A stretch of DNA of 64,000 nt, from the IMG/VR virus record IMGVR_UViG_3300037847_007805, positions 1 through 64,000 of that record, one strand, 5' to 3'. The notes under the pieces were generated by a model, which did no database searches, was not told where the DNA came from, and saw only the letters and a program-made list of their open reading frames with translations. Positions 49,001 to 55,486 of this stretch are shown piece by piece; position 1 is the stretch's first letter; every line of letters begins with the position of its first letter. The position numbers were made by a program, and so were the translations under genes. Origin of the DNA: a virus.

Positions 49001-51371
49001 TTCTAATTGTTGTGTTTATCAAACAGAATTATCCTGTTTACCTTTTTCAAATTGTTCAGGAACAGTTACAAGTGTTTCAGCGAATGCAGGGACAGGAATA
49101 AACATAACGGGAGATACAACAATTACAACAAGTGGTGCATTTACTGTTTGTAATACTGACAGAGGTTCTTCTCAATGTATTTTTAAAACCATAGCTGTTT
49201 CAGGACAAAGTGATATAGTAGCAGATACAAATAGTGATACACTAACTTTTGTTGGTTCAGGTGTTACAATCACTACTGATGCCTCTACTGATACGGTTAC
49301 ATTTACAGCAACGCAGGGAGATATAACAGGTGTAACAGGTTCAGGCGGTCTTTGTGGTGGTGGCACAAGTGGTGCAGTTACAGTTTGTGCTGATTATGAA
49401 GGAAGCGATAATATAATTTTAGCTACTCCATCTTGTTCAGGTGGTACTGTTAGTTTAAGTGATAAAATCATTACAACAAGCACTTCGGGTTCTCAGGCAG
49501 TTTGTCAAACACCTTTATCGGATTTACCTTTTACTAATTGTTCAGGAGATATTACTTGTGTAGGTACAGGTGCAGGACTAACGGGTGGGGGTAGCACAGG
49601 TGCTGTAACTGTTTGTGTTGATTATTTAGGTTCAGATTCAGTAGTAATGTCTGCACCTTCAGGAACAGGAACTATAGCACCTGATGATTTCTTACTTATT
49701 GGTAGAGATAGTTCAGAATCAGGAAATTCTGATAGATTCCCAATAGAAGATGTGCCATTAAGTTGTTTTTGCAATGATAGTGGATTTACAAGCTGTACGG
49801 GAGATATTAATACTGTAGGTGCAGGTGCAGGACTAACAGGTGGTGGTGCTTCAGGTAGTGTTGCACTTTGTGTTGATTATGCAGGTACTGATAACATTAT
49901 TGCTTGTTCCCCTTGTACAGCAACGGGTACACTTTCTACAAGTGATTGCATAATGATTAGTAATAATGCTACTAACAATGTTACTAAGGCATCAATAAGT
50001 TTATTACCTTTTACTAATTGTTCAGGAGATATTACTTGTGTAGGTACAGGTGCAGGATTAACAGGTGGTGGTACTTCAGGAAATGTTACGGTTTGTGTAG
50101 ATTATAGTTCTTCGGGTCTTATTGCAGATGCACCTATAGGTAGTGGTTCACCTGATTCAGATGATTACGTCTTAATTGGTAAAGATTCCACAGGTAGTGG
50201 TGAAACTGTTTCTTATCAGCTTACAGATTTGCCATTCAATCAAACCAATGCAACAGTTTGTTGCGTAAATCTTGTAAATGGGGGTGGAATGACAATTTCA
50301 GGAAGTCCAATAACAACAAGTGGTTCTATAAGTTTAACAAATTCTGACCGTGGTTCAAATCAATGTATATTTAAGAATATAGCTGTTTCAGGACAAAGTA
50401 CCATAGTTGCAGATTCAAACAATGACACTCTTACTTTTGCAGGTGGAACAAATGTTACTATAACTACAGATGCCTCAACGGACACAGTAACAATAAGTGC
50501 AAATGATTCTTGCACAGGGGACGTTAGTAGATGTGGAAGCATCACTTGTAACGATATAGCTTTATGGTGTAATAATACGGGGATTTATTCTTGTAATTGT
50601 TTTACTTATTGCCCTACAACTTGTTCATTATTTGTTCATGGTGGAAGCGGTGGTGTTTTTGCTACTCCTGATAAAAACTGTCCATCTTATTCTTTTATTG
50701 GTGATACAGACACAGGTGTTGTAAATTCAGGTGGAAGTGCTAATCAAGTTGGTTTCATGACAGGGAGTAAAAATGCACTAACTGTTACAAGTGGACAACA
50801 GCTAAAACTTGATTGCTATTGTGCAACTATGACAAGTTCATTAGGTTGTTCTATAGACCCTGACCAACAAAACTACTATCCGTGTAATGGCACAATAGCA
50901 GAAATAGGAGTAGATAGATGCGGAAATGTTGCAAGAGGATTTCAAGAAGCAACATGGAAATTTACACTTGCTCAATTAAATGCAGGGTTTGGTGGAAGTG
51001 GTCAAACACTTTTACAATCAGCAGGTGCAGGAAAATTTGTGGTGATTCAGGAATCTACCTTTATGGGTGAATTTAATGCTGATTTTAGTAGTGCAAATAA
51101 TAATATAGAAATAAGACAAGGAAATCAAAATAATTCAAATGCAACCGTTTCAATTTTACCCGCAACTCAACTTAACTTAATGGCTACTAATATAGCTACA
51201 AATGGAAACTTTGGTATTTATAGTAGAAATGTACCTCAAGTTGGAAGGATATTCAAAGCTAATACACCTACTACAATACACTTAGTTAATAGTAATAACT
51301 TTCCATCAGGTCTTACAGCAGTATATATAAAATTAAGATATAGGGTTTATGACCAAACAAATTACATATAA
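40053..51371 (+). CDS. giant Thr/Gly/Ser/Cys-rich repetitive fibre/spike protein (3772 aa)
   Basis: recurring GTVTSV, GSPITTSG, GALSSTDWSTFNSK, GSSQCIFK.IAVSGQ..I.AD.N.DTLT, CVDY...DNII modules; globular C-terminal domain. Confidence 0.85.
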   Translation: MSIQVSLANDIKVVQGNGLAIFLDSDTNLLTLKDTNGCVQALDSYILQEGITEIIAGCCITGGGTSAIVTINHADTSSLDGDYGATGSQNGCYIKSVTVDGLGHLTGVTSANFDTRYLGICACACDSASLNALDPDYYLNFCNFFNVPPLGDITDVVAGDGLGGGGCCGCITLCNTDKGSDQAIIKRIADNSSTVFTASTNNDLFCIVGTGAISTSISGDTLTISSSTVANNCQIEVSAGTGLSGGGCFNLNQSSNCTLTINNCDRGSQQNIFKNIAVSGQNTIIAGSNTATLTLVEGANIDITTCTTDGSVTISSTQSAPNNCQIQITGGDGLGGSATFTLNQATNGSFSLCNTDKGSDQCFFQNIAVVGSCTITADSNADTVCLSAGTGITLTSDSSQDLITIGTTATGCTGTVTEVCVQSGTTGSDFNVSGSPITTSGTITLNLPIASATKTGKLSCTDWATFNSKTSCTGTVTSVGFCTAEGGTDVNVSGSPITSSGDITLNIPIASATKTGKLSSTDWSDFDAKVDDVTAGSGIAVSGTDTIEVTNTDKGSDQCIFKTFAVSGQNDIVADSNSDTLTFAGSGIAITTDDATDTITFTVTDAGGTVTEICGAVGTTGTDFNVSGSPITTSGTLTFNLPDASATSRGALTSTDWSTFNSKTTCTGTVTSVQIGGGEGIVATGTNPVTTSGTINLAVCLNELTTTTDNDCGCYFAVVDSSGVQSKLCKSNINNSGFNNDAGYTTCTGTVSSVGLSAGTGISVSGSPVTGSGTMTVTNTDRGSSQCIFKCVAVSGQTTIEADSNADTLTFAEGTGITITTDDSTDTITISNEGADGTVTCINFATDESGTNVGVSGVPITTSGTITLSIPEASATSTGKLTATDWSTFNSKTTCTGTVTSVGLTTGTTGTDVNVSGSPVTGSGNITLNIPTASATKRGALSSTDWSTFNSKTTCTGTVTSVGLATDETGTDVAVSGSPVTGSGDITLSIPVASATKTGKLSNTDWTTFNSKTTCTGTVTSVSGGAGLTGTVTTSGSICVDYAGADNIILASPCTATGTLDVDDFIMINNCNTNNVTKSAISNLPFSNCSGTVTSVGLTTGTTGTDVNVSGSPVTGSGDITLNIPDASATSRGALTSTDWSTFNSKTTCVGTVTSVGITSGGGLSVSGSPITTNGDITVTNTDKGSDQCIFKTFAVSGQDDIVADSNSDTVTFAGSGIAITTDNTTDTITFTVTDAGGTVTEICGAVGTSGSDFNVTGSPITTSGTLTFNLPTASATKRGALSSSDWTSFNSKVDDVTAGAGISVTGSGTKTVTNTTCIFKNIASTGQSTLVADSLTDTVNIESGTGISITTDDTTDTLTIANTLSVSDCTICIQAGSGLGGGGDFTLNQSSGETVTLTNADKGSSQCIFKNIAVSGQNTISADSNADTLTFAGSGIAITTDDSTDTVTFTVTDAGGTVTCINAVACNTGSDISVTGVPITTSGEICINIPTASATKRGALSSTDWSTFNSKTDCTGTVTSVSGGVGLTGTVTSSGNINVDYLGTDNIILSATNCEGASASSGFTLLLNDDSTCNVGRYELSDLPFSNCGGTVTSVGLTTNESGTDVSVSNSPITSSGDITLSIPIANATKTGKLSNTDWSTFNAKTTCVGTVTSVGITSGGGLSVSGSPITTNGDITVTNTDKGSDQCIFKNIIVSGQDTISAEINDDSLTLIAGTNMSISTNCTLDSITFASTGTTCTGTVTSVGLTAGTGISVSGSPITSSGSITVCNTDKGSDQCIFKTFAVSGQDDIVADSNSDTLTLVGSGIAITTDDTTDTITFTVTDAGGTVTCVCTTAPLTGGNFSTTGTIGITEADSTTDGYLSSTDWNTFNDKTDCTGTVTSVGLTAGSGISVSGSPITGSGSITVTNSDKGSDQCMFKCIAVAGQDTIVADSNTDTLTVVGGNNISVLTNATSDTLTICTISTSCTGTVTSVGLCTGTAGSDVNVTGTPVTSSGNITLNVPTASATKRGALSSTDWSTFNSKTDCVGTVTSVGLTAGTGISVSGSPVTSSGSITVCNTDKGSSQCIFKSIAVSGQNTITADSNADTLTFAGSGIAITTDDSTDTVTFTVTDAGGTVTEVCAVTGTSGTDFNIGGSPITTNGTLTFNLPVASASATGKLSSTDWNTFNNKTDCTGTVTSVSGSNGLCGSVTTSGSICVDYAGVDNIILSATDVTGNTIGSTDKLLISCQTNGNVGYYCVSDLPFSNCTGTVTSVGLTAGSGISVSGSPITGSGSMTVTNSDRGSSQCIFKTFAVSGQNDIVADSNSDTVTLVGSGIAITTDDSTDTITFTVTDAGGTVTSVGLCTGTTGTDINVSNTPITTSGNITLNVPTASASNRGALSSTDWSTFNDKLDDVTAGVGISISGSGNKTICNSDRGSAQCIFKKVAVSGQATIQADTNDDTLTFAEGTGITITTNDTTDTVTISSSIVGDITCVGAGAGLTGGGSTGDVTLCVDYGSTGLIADATCVGSVSSSDFLLVGLADSSSGETRKIEIVDFFSCVGGDITGVTGSGGLCGGGTSGAVTVCVDYEGADNIICTASSCEGTAIGTGDAIIVNEDASDCVRRHLVSDLPFSNCTGTVTSVGLTAGSGISVSGSPITGSGSMTVTNSDRGSSQCIFKTIAVSGQSDIVADTNSDTLTFAEGTNVTITTNATSDTLTISSSATTCTGTVTSVGLTTGTTGTDVNVSGSPITGSGDITLNIPTASASNRGALSSTDWSTFNDKTDCLGTVTSVGLTAGTGISVSGSPITSSGSMTVTNSDRGSSQCIFKTIAVSGQSDIVADTNSDTLTFVGSGVTITTDASTDTVTFTATQGDITGVTGTSGLCGGGTVGDVSVCVDYAGTDNIIACSPCTATGTLSTSDCIMISNNATNNVTKATIGLLPFSNCQGDITNVTATCGLCGGGASGSVSVCVDYCGSDNIILASPYPAFVINSSDKILTTNTSNCCVYQTELSCLPFSNCSGTVTSVSANAGTGINITGDTTITTSGAFTVCNTDRGSSQCIFKTIAVSGQSDIVADTNSDTLTFVGSGVTITTDASTDTVTFTATQGDITGVTGSGGLCGGGTSGAVTVCADYEGSDNIILATPSCSGGTVSLSDKIITTSTSGSQAVCQTPLSDLPFTNCSGDITCVGTGAGLTGGGSTGAVTVCVDYLGSDSVVMSAPSGTGTIAPDDFLLIGRDSSESGNSDRFPIEDVPLSCFCNDSGFTSCTGDINTVGAGAGLTGGGASGSVALCVDYAGTDNIIACSPCTATGTLSTSDCIMISNNATNNVTKASISLLPFTNCSGDITCVGTGAGLTGGGTSGNVTVCVDYSSSGLIADAPIGSGSPDSDDYVLIGKDSTGSGETVSYQLTDLPFNQTNATVCCVNLVNGGGMTISGSPITTSGSISLTNSDRGSNQCIFKNIAVSGQSTIVADSNNDTLTFAGGTNVTITTDASTDTVTISANDSCTGDVSRCGSITCNDIALWCNNTGIYSCNCFTYCPTTCSLFVHGGSGGVFATPDKNCPSYSFIGDTDTGVVNSGGSANQVGFMTGSKNALTVTSGQQLKLDCYCATMTSSLGCSIDPDQQNYYPCNGTIAEIGVDRCGNVARGFQEATWKFTLAQLNAGFGGSGQTLLQSAGAGKFVVIQESTFMGEFNADFSSANNNIEIRQGNQNNSNATVSILPATQLNLMATNIATNGNFGIYSRNVPQVGRIFKANTPTTIHLVNSNNFPSGLTAVYIKLRYRVYDQTNYI

Positions 51372-51459
51372 AAACTATTTTTTTTATTTATTATAATAAA
51401 AATTTTCTTAAATTGTGCATCTCTAAAAAGACATCAGAAACTAATTAAAAATTCAAAAT

Positions 51460-51909
51460 ATGATTTATTGGTTCACAGGACAACCTGCTCATGGTAAAAC
51501 TACCCTTGCAAGAAAACTAATGAAATATCACAAAGATATTTATGATAACAAAATCAAAAGCATATCTATTGATGGCGATGATTTAAGAGAAGTTTTTAAT
51601 AACAAAGATTACAGCGAAAAAGGAAGAAGGAAAAACATAAAATTAGCACAAGATTTGGCTCTGTTTATGCATCATAAGGGTTACGATGTATATGTTTCTT
51701 TGGTAACTCCATTTATAGATATGAGAGAAGATTTCAAACAATTAATGAAATCTGAAATTAAAGAATTTTACGTTTACTGTAGTAAAGAAAGGGAAAGAGA
51801 AATGTATAAAGTAAAAGATTATCAGCCACCAAAAGATAACTTTACTTTGATTGATACTACTGAAGATAGTATAGAAAAATCTCTTTTTAAAATTTTACAA
51901 AATATATGA
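51460..51909 (+). CDS. cysC: adenylyl-sulfate (APS) kinase-like protein
   Basis: WFTGQPAHGKTT, IDGDDLR, DYSEKGRRKNI, SLVTPF, YQPP. Confidence 0.8.
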   Translation: MIYWFTGQPAHGKTTLARKLMKYHKDIYDNKIKSISIDGDDLREVFNNKDYSEKGRRKNIKLAQDLALFMHHKGYDVYVSLVTPFIDMREDFKQLMKSEIKEFYVYCSKEREREMYKVKDYQPPKDNFTLIDTTEDSIEKSLFKILQNI

Positions 51910-52784
51910 ATATAATACTAAACATTCAAGGCGGTCTTGGTAAAAACATTTTAGCAACAGCTTTGGTAAAAGGAATTAAAAAAAGATACCCCAACTCCTT
52001 TCTAATCGTTATTAGTGGTTATCCTGATGTGTTTTTAAATAATCCGTCTGTCAGCAAATGTTTAAGGCATGACCAACAGGTAGGCATTTATAATAAATAC
52101 ATAAAAAATCACGACACAAAATTTTTCATAATTGACCCTTACATGACGAGTGATTTTCAAAATGGAAAAGGACATTTGTTACGAATTTGGTTTGAATTGT
52201 GTGGTCTAAACTATAAGGGTGAGCAACCTCAATTTTTTCTTTCTAAAGTCGAAAAACAGTATTATAAAACAGCATATCCAATAACAAAACCAATTTTAGC
52301 TATTCAACCTAATGGTGGGGCTAAAAATCAGGGTATGTATTATAATTGGGCAAGAGATATTCCTGAAGTTATTACTACAAAAATTATAAATAAATTTAAA
52401 AACGATTATCAGATTGTTCATATAAAACGTCAAGACCAAATGTCGTTTACAAACACTACACAGGCTTTAGACAGTTTTAGAAGCATTGCATATTTAATAT
52501 CCATATCTGAAAAGTGTTTGTTTATTGATAGTTTTGCACAGCACTTGGCTAAAGCAGTAAATAAAAAAGCTGTTGTGCTTTGGTCAGCAACAGAGCCTGA
52601 AATGTTTGGCTACGATTCACATATAAACATTAAAGCAAATAAATACACAAAAGAACCACAATACAATCATGGACACTATAAGCCTTTTGAACTTGTTGAG
52701 CCAATAGAAAAATGTCCTTATCAAGATTTATCTGAAATTTTTGATTATAATTTAGTTTATAACAAACTTTATTCGTATAATTAG
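51906..52784 (+). CDS. GT9-like (heptosyltransferase-fold) glycosyltransferase
   Basis: IQGGLGKNI...KKRYP, FIDSFAQHLA, AVVLW, FGY. Confidence 0.7.
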   Translation: MNIILNIQGGLGKNILATALVKGIKKRYPNSFLIVISGYPDVFLNNPSVSKCLRHDQQVGIYNKYIKNHDTKFFIIDPYMTSDFQNGKGHLLRIWFELCGLNYKGEQPQFFLSKVEKQYYKTAYPITKPILAIQPNGGAKNQGMYYNWARDIPEVITTKIINKFKNDYQIVHIKRQDQMSFTNTTQALDSFRSIAYLISISEKCLFIDSFAQHLAKAVNKKAVVLWSATEPEMFGYDSHINIKANKYTKEPQYNHGHYKPFELVEPIEKCPYQDLSEIFDYNLVYNKLYSYN

Positions 52785-52823
52785 TTTATTTTTGTATTAG
52801 TTTTATAAAATAATTTTAATATC

Positions 52824-53135
52824 ATGGCAAAAAAGATTCAAGAAACACAAAAAATTGAAAAAGAAGAACTTAAGGAGTTACAAGAATTAGTAGGTGCTAC
52901 TACTGATGCAAACAACAGGATTGCACAACTTTGTCTTAACAAAGAAAGAACTTTTAGAAATCTTCAAAAGGAGTTTGATGAGAGCATGGAACTTATTGAA
53001 CTTCAAATAAAAGAAGCTAATGAAAAGCAAGTTGAATTTGTTAAAGAATTAGACAGCAAGTACGGTCAGGGCAAAAGCTATGACCTATCCACAGGGGAAA
53101 TAAAAGATGTGGAGAAAAAAGATGAAAGTAATTGA
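52824..53135 (+). CDS. coiled-coil protein (possible fibre chaperone)
   Basis: EELKELQ...LDSKYG...YDLSTGEI, near the fibre gene. Confidence 0.55.
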   Translation: MAKKIQETQKIEKEELKELQELVGATTDANNRIAQLCLNKERTFRNLQKEFDESMELIELQIKEANEKQVEFVKELDSKYGQGKSYDLSTGEIKDVEKKDESN

Positions 53136-53658
53136 CCCTGCTGATAAAGTAATACAAAACGTAATTTTTGAGAAACCCGAAGTCGTAGTAAAGATTTTGA
53201 GGGATAGCGGTGTGTCTGTATCTAACAGACCTACTCTTGATGAAATTACTGAAAAAACATTTGTAGAGGTTTACGATAAGCAGAACAAAGAGTTTGCTAA
53301 AAAGTTTGATAGCTTAATCAAAACGGGTGAGTACAACAATGCTGTAGGTATTGTTCTAACTATTGCTTCAGGTATCTTTTCGGGTATCATGGGTTCAAGA
53401 CAAGCAAGAAAGCAAAGGGCAACTATGGAAAGAATTGCTGTTGCTCAATTAGAAAATGATAAATTACTTGCCCAAGACCAAAACAGAATTTACGGAGAAA
53501 CCGAAAGAACTAAAATTTTAGCAAGTAGCTTACTCGATTATAGAGGTAAACTACAAGATGCTTCCACAGAAAGACAAAAAAATGTTTATTATTACTTGAT
53601 TGCCCTTGGATTAGGAATATCAATTATTTATGGTACAAACTTATTATTAGCTGACTAA
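53122..53658 (+). CDS. structural membrane protein, NAxG family
   Basis: VVKILRDSGV domain, YNNAVG, Gly-rich hydrophobic segment, coil, C-terminal TM. Confidence 0.7.
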   Translation: MKVIDPADKVIQNVIFEKPEVVVKILRDSGVSVSNRPTLDEITEKTFVEVYDKQNKEFAKKFDSLIKTGEYNNAVGIVLTIASGIFSGIMGSRQARKQRATMERIAVAQLENDKLLAQDQNRIYGETERTKILASSLLDYRGKLQDASTERQKNVYYYLIALGLGISIIYGTNLLLAD

Positions 53659-53999
53659 TGGCAAAGCAAGGTGGATTTGACGTAGGTAATTTAGCGGGTA
53701 CTTTAATTAGTACCTTTATTGGTATTGGCTTTGCTAAAAATGATGCTAAAAAACAGCGACAGCTTCAAGAAAAGATAGCAAATATGTCGCTTGAAAATCA
53801 ACAAGCAATCGCTAATAGATTAGCAGAGGCACAAACAAACATTGAAAAACAAAGAATAGCTTTTCAAATTTTAGCACTTGAAAACAACGCTAATTTAGTA
53901 AGAGAATTAGAGGGAGAAAAAAATAAATCATTAATTGTTCTTGGTGTTGGTGCTATCGCACTTGCAGTTGTTATAGTTTTAGCAAAATTTAAAAAGTAG
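53658..53999 (+). CDS. membrane protein with coiled coil
   Basis: N-terminal Gly-rich hydrophobic segment, C-terminal TM. Confidence 0.7.
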   Translation: MAKQGGFDVGNLAGTLISTFIGIGFAKNDAKKQRQLQEKIANMSLENQQAIANRLAEAQTNIEKQRIAFQILALENNANLVRELEGEKNKSLIVLGVGAIALAVVIVLAKFKK

Positions 54000-54004
54000 A
54001 TATT

Positions 54005-54211
54005 ATGAGCCAAAGAGTAGGAGATTTTGGAAGTGAACTTATGAGTTGTGGAAACGATAGTGAAATTAAAAAATATGGTTCAGAACAAGCGTGTAGGGAA
54101 GCAAAACTATTTCCAAATAAAAAGAAATCTGAAAAGGTAAGTAAACAATATCTTATGTATGGTCTTATAGCAGTAGCGGGATATTTCGCATACAAAAAAT
54201 TTAAAAAATAA
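54005..54211 (+). CDS. C-terminally anchored protein
   Basis: IAVAGYFAYKKFKK like 33197/33474. Confidence 0.7.
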   Translation: MSQRVGDFGSELMSCGNDSEIKKYGSEQACREAKLFPNKKKSEKVSKQYLMYGLIAVAGYFAYKKFKK

Positions 54212-54555
54212 TGGACGGGCAAACTAAAAAACTTTTAATAGTAGTTGGAATAGCTGTATTAGTTCTATGGGTTACGAAACCAAAAAACAATATGGTAGAT
54301 TCAATGAGAAAAGGTGGTTCTAAAAAATTAGATGCACCTAAAACTTTAGATTCAAAACTTGCTCAAGAACAGCATGAAGGTACAGTTGGTATTCAAGCGA
54401 TGCGAAGTGCAATAGCAAATGGAGAAACGAAAAAAGAACTTGACAAACTAAATAGAATGCTTTTGAATGAAAATGGCATCAAAGTTTATGTAATGTCAAA
54501 TGGTAAATTGTGTGCGAGAAACAGAAAGGGTAAAACAGTTGCAAAAGAAAAATAA
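54211..54555 (+). CDS. N-terminally anchored protein
   Basis: LLIVVGIAVLVLWV. Confidence 0.7.
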   Translation: MDGQTKKLLIVVGIAVLVLWVTKPKNNMVDSMRKGGSKKLDAPKTLDSKLAQEQHEGTVGIQAMRSAIANGETKKELDKLNRMLLNENGIKVYVMSNGKLCARNRKGKTVAKEK

Positions 54556-54558
54556 TTT

Positions 54559-55101
54559 ATGGGAGTATATTCACCATCAACAACATCTTTTCCTAACGGG
54601 GTGGTTACTATAGAAAGTGAAGATGACACTTTGTATAGCACCATTCAAGAAGCTGTTGCAGGTTCTCATAACTACCAAATCAATGAAATTTACCTAAAAG
54701 CAAACGACATATCCCAAATCCTACAGCCGATTACTTTTCAAAAGTATGATTCAAATGGAGATATTCTTGAGGATAAAAGAGTTCCCACAGTAGACCCATT
54801 TTCATTTCAACCTTCTATAAAAATAAATTTTAAAAACAAGGATTATATTTTAGATGGTCGCTTAGAAATAGATTATACAGTCAAAGGTGGAGAAGAAGTT
54901 TATTTCTATTTAGATACGACTGTGTTAGACAATGGTGCATTACTTGGCGATGATAAAAGTATGCCGAAAGATTTTTTGAAAACATATAATTTTTTCCAAG
55001 ATTACGGAAAAGAAATAGAAATTGATTTTAGTTATGACGAAAGGGCAATACCTGAATGCACAGACCAAGAGGCGAGTGATTTCAGGACTGAAAACAGGTG
55101 A
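54559..55101 (+). CDS. paralog of the capsid candidate (minor capsid/vertex protein)
   Basis: SQILQPI...DSNG...VPTVDPFSFQ...YILDG...VYFY aligns with NQILETI...DANG...VPTIDPYQQQ...YRIDG...VKLYFY. Confidence 0.65.
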   Translation: MGVYSPSTTSFPNGVVTIESEDDTLYSTIQEAVAGSHNYQINEIYLKANDISQILQPITFQKYDSNGDILEDKRVPTVDPFSFQPSIKINFKNKDYILDGRLEIDYTVKGGEEVYFYLDTTVLDNGALLGDDKSMPKDFLKTYNFFQDYGKEIEIDFSYDERAIPECTDQEASDFRTENR

Positions 55102-55486
55102 TTTAGTTAAACTTCGTTCAGAATACATTTTTTTGCCTTTTGTATTTCACTATGGAATCATAAGTTTAGAAGATGGTAAAATATATATTTACCACTCAAT
55201 TACCGACAAAGAAAATAAACATGGTGGTAATTTAGTAAGAGAAGATTTTGAGCAAGTAATAAAAGGTAGAGAAATTTTAGCTGTAGAAAGTTTAGATATA
55301 AAAAAAGAAAATTTTTATAATACCTTAGATAAATTACAAAAAAGAAAATATGATGTGTTTACAAATAACTGTGAGCATTTTGTTAATTTTATAAAAGAAA
55401 AAAGATTTGTTTCAAATCAACTTAAAACTTGGGGTTTAGCAGTTTCCCTTGGGATAGTTGTATATTTATTTATTAAGAAAAAATGA
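55022..55486 (+). CDS. LRAT/PLAAT-like permuted NlpC/P60 thiol hydrolase with C-terminal TM
   Basis: GDLV, HYGI...IYH, YDVFTNNCEHFV; start uncertain. Confidence 0.8.
   Translation: MILVMTKGQYLNAQTKRRVISGLKTGDLVKLRSEYIFLPFVFHYGIISLEDGKIYIYHSITDKENKHGGNLVREDFEQVIKGREILAVESLDIKKENFYNTLDKLQKRKYDVFTNNCEHFVNFIKEKRFVSNQLKTWGLAVSLGIVVYLFIKKK

Noticed and set aside
40463-50545. Many long minus-strand ORFs inside the fibre gene
   Set aside because: Antisense shadows of Thr/Gly/Ser/Val repeats that lack reverse-strand stops; they mirror the sense repeats
40053-51371. Possible reassignment of TGT/TGC codons explaining the Cys excess
   Set aside because: Cys is at expected catalytic/metal sites elsewhere (NCEHF, CxxC), the excess is confined to this gene, and the genome reads cleanly in the standard bacterial code
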